64,000 nt of DNA from Hydrolagus colliei (lineage: Eukaryota): contig CM068748.1 of the NCBI GenBank assembly GCA_035084275.1, positions 16,492,001 through 16,556,000 on the forward strand. Reading direction: 5' to 3'. This document shows, piece after piece, positions 53,301 through 64,000 of this stretch. Position 1 is the first letter of the stretch. Every line of letters starts with the position of its first letter. Below the pieces are notes generated by a model. The model ran no database searches. It worked only from the letters and a program-made list of their open reading frames with translations, and was not told the DNA's origin. The position numbers and the translations under genes are program-made.

Positions 53301-54494
53301 ACAGAAACAGCTTCTCTCACGTATTTGACTTGACCCTGTTCAAAGCCAGTCCAACACCATGAGCTGTTTTTCAGACTGTTGGCTCTTTGTTAATGCATTC
53401 TTTAATGTAATGCAGAAAAACCTGAAGGTAGTAAATCTCCTTGGTTGGTAACATGCGATTAGTCTTGGAATGTAAAATGCATGCTACAGTTATAAAAAGG
53501 AATGGAATTGCTGCCGACGTTCCATGCCATAAATTTAATTTGCACAAGTATTTCAGTCAAAGATTATTTCTATAAGTGCAGTATTAATTTTTCTTCTTTC
53601 AAATATTTGATCTCCAAATAATATAACCAAGAATCACTGCACGCTCCAAGAAATCTTTATGCCACAATTGCAACCATAGATCAAAATCAAATATCTAAAT
53701 GCACTGTTGGGTTTTTTTTAAAAAGGAAAAAAATACATTTAGCAAAAGCCACCTTTATGCAGTACATTATGAAATTTCAAACACATTTTCCAATTCTGCA
53801 AAGGCTCAAGTTTAAACGAATGCATCCAATGAACAAATAGAAAATAGAACTTGTGTAGTCCAATTAATGGGATCAGTATTATCCAAATTAAATACAGATG
53901 GAGCAAGAAGAGGTGAAAACCTAAGTGGCATGCTAGCATGAACAGCTTGAAAATTTAAGTGAATGCAGAGCTGATACAAATCACAGCATTTTGGTACTAA
54001 ATTGAGTACCGAATAATTATTTTTGTTTTGAAATTATTTGTTGGGTTAAGCGGATTACATCAAACAGAGGATAAGTGCATAGGATCAATTTCTCTATGGA
54101 TTCTACATGATAATGCATTTACATCTGTACGGACCTATAATGCAAGTTAGCATTATTGGAAACTCTGCAGTCACCCACACCAAATCTCCAAGATATAAAT
54201 GGATTCACCTTTGAAATACACGTTCGATACACTATACAATAAAATCCTGTTAAGCGCTTTGAGACCCCTCAACAAGATGATAAGCGCTTTATTAACTGCA
54301 AGAATTGTACACGTGATCGTCATTGCATCATATGTGCAGGGTCAAATCCAATTTTGACCTTGCTCCAATCTAATGCATTAAAATGCCAGCTATGGAAACA
54401 CTTCACATGATTCATGCCAGTCAAACACATAGAATGCATGAACATATGCATGAAGAAGGATAGGTGTGTTGGGCTCCTGACTTGCATATTGGAC

Positions 54495-54660
54495 AGGAAA
54501 ATAATCCAGAAAAGAACCCCATCTGAAAGATGTTGATCTGAAAGATGGCTCAGGCTAGTACAAGCTACCCCTGAAAGCTTTACCCTTATCTTTCAGATGG
54601 TCATCAACTTGCTGTGCATTTCAAGAATTTTCTGGGTATATTTTTAGATGTGCAGCAATT
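54495..54660 (+). mobile_element. Old relic of a Penelope-like palindromic element
   Basis: Inverted repeat ccatctgaaagat (54519-54531) / atctttcagatgg (54588-54600). The 3' part cagatgg..acttgctgtgcatttc..attttctg..ttttagatgtgcagca resembles the tail of the 5210 element. Confidence 0.45.
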
Positions 54661-57600
54661 CATTTTCCCTTGTTTCTTTCCACTCAAACTCCAACATTTT
54701 ATGACAGGTGTTTAAATGCATTTTAAACCATTTTGTAACTTTCCATATTTGCCAGATTAGAAGAGAATGTTGGGTACAAAATGCATCTTTAATCGAAGAA
54801 CGATTCAAATTAAATCATAAGGCACACTGAACTCAACGCTTCCAACCATTCAAATAACATTTCACCAGGAGAAGTCTTTCATTCATGTAATTCAAGAAAG
54901 ATAAATTTATGGAAATGTCTGATCTGTTTGAACAAAGTCGTGAAGAAAAGTCATCACAATTTACAATTGTCCACCTTCCACTTCATATACATCACCCATC
55001 TTTCTATTATGAACCACTTTTGAGACACTCCTTCATATAAATGGTCCTGTATAAATGAAATTTGCTGCGTTATAGAGAAGCTGCACCATGTAAGATCACT
55101 TTCATATCAACTTCCATTTTATTCCTTAGGTTAGGAAGAAAGTGAGGCAGGTAGACAGACAGGTGACCTGTTTCTTGGTATCTGTTGAATCCTATTCCGA
55201 ACAAGCCTTCAGGAGATGTGCTCTCACAGCCCAGGGGGGGACTGATTCTACAATCCTCTCCACCCAAGAAATTTAATTGCAGAGTATCAGATGCACATTA
55301 ATATTAAATATCAAATTATTATTATTATTAAGACGCTGCATGGGATCAAACAAAACAAACAGAAAATGTACCATACATACTTGGCCTAAATTATGATTGC
55401 AAAATTATTATTAATCAGAGGTTCTGAACATTCTGTAATTTATCTGATTATGTTCAATATTTAAATTTACAATTTTTTTTTAAAGATTGTTGGATGTGTA
55501 CAGATTTTAAATTCCCAAAGTAAATCCAGTATTCAAAGCATAAAAGGATATTTTCCAGAGTCCAGTTACGATTGAAAGTGTCAGCAATTTTTTTTCATTA
55601 CAGCAATTTCTCGATAATATTTTTGTTGGATTTTTAAAAGACAAGACAGAAGGAGCCTAATCTGCCTTTACACACAAAAAAACTTAATCTGCACTACATG
55701 GGAAAGTTTAGCTTCATTTTATTATTGCTTTACATGATTCATCAACCTGTTGTAAAATGAGATCAGATCGAAGAAGGACAATTTCAATATACCAGCATGA
55801 TGCAAATCAACTCTAAAGAGATTCCACTGCATCTTTTTATTGCAGCAATTCCTTTTACTCGCCTAAAGGAGAATTCATAATAAATAACCTTATATCTTTT
55901 GAAGGTATATTTTTCTCCATCTTATAAACCTAATTAAGCTTGAAGAACAACATATTTTCCTAAACGCACGATAAACAGATCTAGTTACTCAAAAAATATT
56001 ACTTTTAAATAGAGCTGATGTATCTGAATTGAAATCTGCTGTGCACCAATTCCCAGGCCTACAATTCAAGTAATTCAAGGACTTCTTCTGGATACTTTCT
56101 CATATTCTTTTTAACTGACATTTTATCTTCATACAGGCATCTCACCAGATTGCACATACACTAAGACAATGACAAGCCTTCTTCAGCTGTCACTTCTTAT
56201 TTTGGCAAAGAGCGATGTCTTATACTGGCTTATGCCAATAATAGCTGCATCAAAAAACAGTGGAGACCTTCTCCCTCTGATGTAAAGACAGCAATTCACA
56301 TTTGTGACACTCATTTGTCAATTAACAGAACCCATCCAATGTTGACACTTGGGGCTTAAGAGATGCAGGCTAGTATTTGATGAATTAAAAAAGACAGATG
56401 AGCAAGCCATGAGCTGCAAAGTAATACTATAATGTGTTTTAGATATGAATATCAACTGACACCTTTGACAGGCCATACAAGGTTTTATTTTATTTTGCAC
56501 TGTATCTGTTGCCTCATACTTTATCTTCTTTGTTCTCTTTTCATCAAGCTTCTAATATCTCATTGTGACAGCAGAAAGACATTTGAGCTTTCCTGTTCCA
56601 AATGCAAGTCGCTGAACTTGATTTGTCATCAAAATGCAAAATGGTTCCTATTGCAGTTAAATGTGGCTCGCTTTCAAGACCCTCGTAGCGATTTTTTTTT
56701 AAAAAGCAAAAAAGCTCGCAATCACTTTGCCCACTTTTCCCACTGCCAAAATATAGATTTGCAGATGATGAAAAATATCGATATTACCATAGTACACAGC
56801 ATGCACGCATTTAAACGATATTCAAACAACAGGAGCTTTTAGCAGTTTACTCTTTTATTGTATCATTTATAAACTGGATTTGACAAAAAGCCAAATGCTA
56901 GGATAGGCATACCATGTAAAGACATTGAGCATTTACAAAGTTAATGTCTACACTTAAGAGTGATGATGTCTTTCCAAAGCTTGCATTAATATGCAATGTA
57001 CACCATCAGAACTACTCTGACTGCCAAAGTGATCTCAGCAGGGGGGTTTTGGAGCAGAAAAAAAGTTAAATAATAGTGCTTTCAACAGATAATTACTGGT
57101 ATGATTTAAATTTTCAAGTTTAATGTTTTTTTTTGCCTCCCATAGAAGGCTCAATGCACATATGCAACTGAAAATTGCCTCAATGATTTCAAAAGCAACT
57201 TAACCATCAAACATGTACACTGAGACCTGACATATTCAAAAGTACCCTATCTACTTGTCACGGGCAGCTTGGGAATCTGGCCATCAATAGTTTATAGTAA
57301 TTAAGTGTGATGAACATTTCAGAGAAAAACTTATGAGAATGAAACAATTGCCGAGAAACTGCCAACAATATTTTTTTTTGCAAACTACTTCAAAGCTGAG
57401 AATAGTAAGCTCTCTGCACAAAAAAGTTTTCCGCACCGGAGGCCACTTCAAAAAACCGACTCCTTTTCAATGCTATTATTGCAATTCAAGTAGCCCCACA
57501 GCTGTTTGCACTGTTAAGGAAATCTGTTTTTTGGAGCTCCATTCAGGTTAAATATTGGAACTATTAAAGTTCCAACCACTCAACAAAATTGAGTGGTTCC

Positions 57601-57800
57601 TTCATAAAATTGTCTAGCATTCGGAACATTTCTATCACCGCCTTTTAAAATGTAATTTTGAGTAGGTCGGCATACTCTTTCGGGTCAGTTGATCTTCAAC
57701 CGCACAATGGTCAACTTGCCCGAACACATTTCAGCAACTTTATGGAGACAGAAACAGATTGTTAGCTTGGCAAACAATTTAAGGGTTTCCTCCGGTTCTC

Positions 57801-57871
57801 CACCACCACCCCCCCACCCCCCCCCCCCACCCCCACCCCCCCCCCACCCCCATCCCACTTCCCCCCACCCC
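57801..57871 (-). repeat. C-rich low-complexity tract (potential G-quadruplex on the - strand)
   Basis: Many runs of 3 or more C separated by 1-3 nt. Confidence 0.7.
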
Positions 57872-58274
57872 AACATCCCACCTTGTCACATTCTTTTGTT
57901 CACCAGAATCTCACATTGTCTACTATGATGTGAGTTTCTTCAGTGCTTTTCAGTCCAATTAGAACAAAATAATTCAGAGTAAAAAAAAACCAAAGTGTTT
58001 GGGAAGGAAAACACACTGGTACACCAGCTATGAACAAATTCACATTCAAACTGGTTTTGTTCGAGACAAGACAGTTCACAGCAAAATGTTTTTTTTGTTG
58101 AATTTGTCTTACTACAATTCACCTTAATAGCTTTTGTGCCACAACCTGTTCTATGTGCAAAAATGCTAAATGAAATAGTTTGCATACCTTTCAAGGTTTG
58201 GCTTCTTGCCCCATTTCTGCCAATTTCATACTTCCTTTTCATTTAAGGGTTACTTCAAAAAGACAGTCACACTA

Positions 58275-58699
58275 TCATTAATTCTTGCATTTGATATAGT
58301 GCCTCATCACTGTCAAGATGTCTCAAAGTGCTTCACAGGATTTTACTTTGAAGAGTAGAGTCTATGTATTTGTAGGCGATTACAACTGCCAATTTACATA
58401 CAGCAATATCCCAGAAACAGCCATGAAATTAATGACTAATTTTATTTGGGGGATTGTTGGACATGGCACAGGAAGAAACTCCCTTCTTCTTTTCAAATAG
58501 TGCCATGAACAGTAATAAAGACCTGACCAGGCAGATGGGACCTTGGATTCCCATTTCATCCAAAGGACGTCACCTCCAACAATGTAGCATTCCTGCCGCA
58601 CTGCATTGGAGAGTCAGTTGAGAGTGCGAGTTCAAAATCCCAATGGGGATTGAATCAACAACCTTCTAACTCGGAGTTGAGAGTGCTACAAACTAAGCT
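58275..58699 (-). mobile_element. Full-length Deu-domain SINE
   Basis: Tail, Deu core (tttcaaatagtgccatg...tttcatccaaaggacgtcacctcc) and tRNA head (aaccttctaactcggag..gagtgctacaaactaagc). Confidence 0.85.
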
Positions 58700-60104
58700 G
58701 GTACATTAATATTTACACGGGCTTAAAGATGAAAATCTCAGCAGAGGACTACTGAATGTAGTTTCAAATTAGTTGTGTGTTCCACCAAAACACACTTAAG
58801 GTGGTGGTCCTGCCATATGGGAAATGATTGATTTCTTTTCAAGATAAGAAACTGATACAACACACCCATGTCCATTGCGTATCATGATTAACTCAATTAT
58901 TTGCAATATTCTCAAATCCTAAAGTTTTACATTTGTTTGTGTCATTGTAATCTTTTCACACACTATTCTAACTCTTGATTTAATAATGTAATACCTATGT
59001 TGAACTTTCAACCAGAAAGCTTGTACCTTCACCAAATTCCCAAACTAATTTTTATTCTCTGGCAAAAGATGGGAATGTCAATCTGAAAACTATCCTCTTC
59101 ATCAATATTTCATCAGTCATGGGTCTGTAAGTGGACATTTATCAAACCATCAAATATAGATAGAGAACAAGAATCTCCTTTCACTGCAGCCATTAGGGAG
59201 ATATGGTGAAAGAGGCTTTACCAATTTGGATGTGTTTCAATTAACAGTGGTGTGTAGAAAATTCAAACTGACTGACAGCAGATCACATAACCAATACACT
59301 GAATGCAATGTATTTTATTGCAAACCCTCAGAATTGATTCGTACCAAAATAAACTTTGTCATTCTTGATCATGATCAACATTTGCCAAGCGCAACATACT
59401 GAAAAAATTAGTTAATATGCAGTACAGATTGAGTAGTATCAACAACATCAGTTTGTGTACAATTGTTGTATCAACAGAATCAGGACAGGTATTCCGATTT
59501 CAAAAATTTAAAAATCCATTTGTATTGCACTCAAATCAATTAATAATAATAATATAATGATAGAGAGAAGGAAAAGTAGGTCAATATGAGAGTGCAAAAA
59601 GGAAAAGGCTGGAGGCTTTAAAAACAAGTGTTCCTTAAAAAAAGTAAATATGATATTGTAAAAGGCGCAAGAAACATAGACAAAGATAGTGAAGGCTGAT
59701 GCATTTTACAGGCATGAAATTGAGATACAAAATCATAGCATAAAAACAAATGCTACATAGATAGAGCATTGTTTTATCTCTAAACCTTTGTGAGTACTAA
59801 TTTGCACTTTATAGTCCCAATAAAGATACAGTTACAAACATCATCCTTGAGACAAATTTTGGTTTAGTTGTAAACCTGTTTAATACCTTTGCCAAATCTA
59901 GATGTTTCATCGGAATGATCTGAAAAGCAATAATCAAAGAGCAAATGGAAATCAAAATGGGTAACAAAGGTAACAAACGATAATGTACTTGAAAAACAAA
60001 TGACAGACAAGAGAGCAATATGTTTTCAAAGATACAAAAGCATGGAATAAGGCTATGCCATCCCCCAAACTCTCGTTTTGCAGACTGAGCAAAAACTATT
60101 CAAA

Positions 60105-60280
60105 CTATTGACTGCGCGCAATTGGTTGCCACATTTCGCCCACATATGTGCATACAGTCAATTCACCTTACAGTATATTCTGTGAAGCGTTTTGAGGCGT
60201 CTAGAAGATGTGAAAAGCGCTATATCAAATGCAAGGAGTATTATTATTAGCAGTAGTAGTACAGTAGTATTATTATTATT
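60105..60280 (+). mobile_element. Short SINE 3' half
   Basis: gcgcgcaattggttgccacatttcgccc...gcgtctagaagatgtgaaaagcgctatatcaaatgcaagg. Confidence 0.88.
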
Positions 60281-60459
60281 CAATCAAGGTCTTCATTATC
60301 CCCAGTATTTAATCGTACAACTCCATGGTATCCCTTAGCCATTCCTTAGCCTTGTGTCCTTCATAGACATTTACGAACAAAGTAAAAGTAATTTGAATCA
60401 TGTAATCAAGTAACAAAGTCAAACATTAGGTAAATATATAGCAGTAACAACAACTGAAA

Positions 60460-60757
60460 ATTCTGTAGCTCAGTAGTTAGAGCACTCTCCTCACAAGCGA
60501 GACACCTGGGTTTGATTTCTGACACGACAAAACCTTGGGCAAGTTTCCTTACTACACACGCCTGATAATAATACCACAAGAAAAAAAATTGGTTACTTCA
60601 ATCCACGACTATTTGTGGGACACTGATGTGTGTAGTTGGCTGCCGCGTTTCGCCACAAATATAGTCAATTCACTTTACAGTATATTCTGTGAAGCACTTT
60701 CAGACGTTTAGAGGACGTGAAAAGTGCTGTAACAAATGCAAGAATTATCATTATTAT
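60460..60757 (+). mobile_element. Full-length tRNA-derived short SINE (SINE2-1_CM-like)
   Basis: A box tagctcagtagttag, B box gggtttgatttc, body ccttgggcaagtttccttac, an L2-like tail and (tta)n. Confidence 0.92.
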
Positions 60758-61914
60758 AAACAAGGAGTCAAACAATGTGGAGTGTTTAAGGAATAAGATA
60801 CTCCGATGTGAACATTTTTAAACCAAACTGGCTGATTAAGCCTAGTTAACCACCCATGATCAAGGGTGAAATTGAAGTAAAACAGAAGTCATCTAAAACT
60901 TGGAAATGCACTATTGCAAACAGCAGCACCAGATGAGACACACAAGGAAAAAATACAACATTTGAAAGACGTTCACCAGAATGATTGATGGATCTCAAGG
61001 ACCACAGATGACTGCACTTCAGGTCCACTGTATGGAATTGCTGTCAAGAGATGGAGGGATAACAGATGATTACAGAAGCATAAAAAAGTTTTGAAAATAA
61101 ACCGTCTACAAAAAGGATTTGTAAATAATGAGATTTATTTCGCTATCCATATTACTAAATTCAGTAAGAATTGCTAACCCCCAAACCCAATTTCTGCAAA
61201 TCTCTGTGTCCCCTAATGAGATGGGTGAGTTATCATGGATTATGAAACAAATGCTCGTGAAGCATTGCAGGTTACGTCCAATTATCACAGTATAAAATGA
61301 AACATGGCTTGACAGTTGCAATGGGCAGCAATATCAAAGGAAGTAGAAAGTGAAGTTGTAGCCTTGTTGCATAAAATGCTGCCCTACATATAAAGAGGAA
61401 GATAAAATAAAGCATAGTACTGAGCGGGTTGCAATGTGGCTACTCCTGAAAAGCATCATAGAAATATGCAGTAAATGGGACAAGATCTGATTTACGTCCC
61501 CAGAAATCAACATCAAAAAACACCAAGACACATGGCACTTGTCACAATAAAACCTGTCACTGGATCATAGCAACTCGGCAAACTGAAATGTATCATTAAT
61601 TTATAAAAGCTATGTTTTAAAAAAAAATATTTGGGGTTTAACCAGAAGAATCTCAATGGCTTTTTACATCCTGTACATTCCTATGGAATTATTTTGGCAG
61701 CAGGATGTTTTATAAACTATACTGAGGAGATAGAAGCAGCAATGTTTCAGGGGACAATTGACATGGTGGCTGTACGTGATGTGAAAGCACTGGCTTTTCA
61801 TCTTCGACAGCAAAGGGACACAAGTTAATTTATTAAATCTTAAAATTTTCAATGAAGTTGATTTTTTTAAATAATAAACTTTTATATTAATCCCTTTAAA
61901 AGAAAATAAGACAG

Positions 61915-62085
61915 TAAATTGGTCCCTCGATCCACAACTGTTTGTGATATACTGCTGTGTGCAATTGGCTGCCAGAGTTTTGCCCACAAAATGCACAGCC
62001 ACTACACTTTACAGTATATTCTGTGAAGCACTTTGAGATATCTCAAAGGCATGATACGGTGTTGTATCAAATGCAAGGATTATTC
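61915..62085 (+). mobile_element. Short SINE 3' two-thirds
   Basis: atccacaactgtttgtg...gcaattggctgcc...ttctgtgaagcactttgag...aaatgcaaggattatt. Confidence 0.85.
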
Positions 62086-63408
62086 TAAACTTGAGTTTCA
62101 CCTGAAAGCATAAATTACCTAGATTTGATTAAATAGAAGGCAACCACTGCTAACAAAGGGATCTTTGTTATTTGAGATGAAAGAGGCATTAGGTGGTTTT
62201 TGAGTTATGAATTTTGAAAACTTAGGCATTGTAGCACTGAATAGGAGCACTAAGTTAATAGACATTAGCACCAACTTAGAACTAAACAATTTATGCAGCC
62301 CGACACGTCATTGTTCATGTGAAGAGGTCTGCTGCAAAATACTCGACGTTTGGAAATCTCTCAAAATCAAAGGTTTGACTTCAAAGAGAAACCCTTCACA
62401 CTGTTGGCATCTCATTTAGTATAAAGAAAGAGATCATTCTCAAGAGTTTGCATTTTCCTGCACTCTGTTTGTCAGAGAAGACACTCATCAACTGAGCTCC
62501 ATCGATGAGCACAAGCACTTGCACATGATTTAAGGACGTAAACTCACAGCGAAAGGCTGTGAGGAAGACAACAGCCCAAAGCAGTTTACAAATACAGGGT
62601 GTTAAAAAAATGTTCAATGCAAGTTAATAGGACAGAAAAAAACTAAGTAGTTTAATGTACCTATACTTCCTATTGAGAATTGTAATATATTGTGACAATA
62701 TGTTGGTAATGCTTTTTCAATCTTTTGCAACTAAATCTGGTATTTTGGTTCATTCTGCCAATGTTTTTCACTCTATTTTGCTGCAACTTCACCACTACAT
62801 GTTTGTCATGGACTTTTAGCTATTCTTTAATATGCAAGTCACTATGTAAGTGCAAATGCTTCTCGTTTCATAAAGATTCATCTCTTTTTGAAGAGAGTTT
62901 ATAGCATGTATTTAATCATGTTGAACCCAGTGATCAGAGCCCAGGATATCTGGTGTCCCCAGTGTTATTTATCACTTAACCAAAACACCCAAAAAAGAAA
63001 CACAGGTGTTGATTTATCCTTGCTTTTGCAGGGAATATAAATGGTATAACCGCCTACAAAATACACAATCACAACACTCTACAGTAAATCCTTATTTACT
63101 TATTTTGTATGTGTGAGAACTGTGAGCATAATTGAGAATAAACCCACTAAAATCCTAATACAATAAACCCCATATAAGTGATATCCGTCAGAACCATAAC
63201 ATTAACATGACTTATGGGAAGTTCGAGTTGCAGGTGAACTGTACAAGTGGTAGAAAATGCTATTTGATCAATAATCTACATTGTGCATGTGTTTCAAATG
63301 CACTTTCAACTCCCAAAAAGGACGGCAAAGAGTATTGAGGCATACTGTATTTAATTCTAGAATCTAAAGAACAAACACTTCTCAATAGCGTCATTCTTAC
63401 AGTTCTCC

Positions 63409-63488
63409 AGGTGTTAGGGCCAAGTATTTAAGGTGTTGGGGCCAAGTATTCAAGGTGTTGGGGCCAAGTATTCAAGGTGTTGGGGCCC
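63409..63488. repeat. 22-bp tandem repeat (~3.6 units)
   Basis: The unit aaggtgttggggccaagtattc repeats head-to-tail with no spacers. Confidence 0.92.
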
Positions 63489-64000
63489 ACTTCTTTAGCC
63501 AACCTTACATCACACATATGCACCACTTTCACAGATCTAGCTCGCAATGGTTCTCAGGCAAGTCATTTATTCCCATGGTTCACAAAACATAAACCCTTAC
63601 TGCATTGATATTTTTGTCCAATGGACTGCCAAATAATGCAAAATACCCTTGGTGACAAACGAGGGGAGGAGAGGGGAAGCATGAAAAAAAATCTTTGGAC
63701 AATCAAGATAGTTTAATTTCAATACAATAATATTGAGACTGATCCAGCACGTTTCACTTTGGGAGGCATGTCTCGATATCACTCAAATGCTGTTGAAGAT
63801 GCAGTAATTTTGAATGGGATTTCTTAATGAGTAACCTTGCAGTAACCTATACTGCGTTATACGGGGACATGAGGGAACACTGCTCCGAGAATACATTGCG
63901 TCAGGGTGGAACTCCCGCGGGACAAGCTTCCAGCTCTTTATTGGGAAAGCCCACTAGAAATCGCTGAACATGTGACCTCACTGTTGTTGTAATAATACCT

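Noticed and set aside
57685-57928. Poly-Pro / poly-Gly ORFs
   Set aside because: These are artefacts of the C-rich tract.
59040-59830. Possible ancient CR1 RT remnants (also ~45270-45760 and 60960-61100)
   Set aside because: The motif resemblance by eye is too faint to give supportable boundaries.
60460-60535. tRNA gene
   Set aside because: It is a degenerate tRNA-like head continuous with a SINE body that is repeated many times in the window.
63409-63488. 22-bp repeats as a CRISPR array
   Set aside because: The units are head-to-tail with no spacers, there are no cas genes, and the context is eukaryotic.

Overview
This is AT-rich vertebrate non-coding DNA, either a large intron or an intergenic region. 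The repeat content fits a cartilaginous fish, most likely the chimaera Callorhinchus milii (inference from SINE/LINE families recognised from memory). I found no convincing protein-coding exon, rRNA, true tRNA or CRISPR array, and the listed ORFs are short, chance or retroelement-derived. The window is dominated by (i) a ~300-bp tRNA-derived SINE with (TTA)n tails, (ii) longer Deu-domain SINEs sharing its 3' half, (iii) L2 and degraded CR1 LINE fragments, (iv) an older tRNA-headed SINE family, and (v) small MITE-like palindromes and minisatellites. The most notable structure is a family of ~220-245-bp palindromic insertions flanked by target-site duplications (5210-5454 and 27118-27338, with a relic at ~54500). 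They carry a minimal Penelope-type hammerhead ribozyme core, which is retained on one strand and disrupted in the antisense arm.
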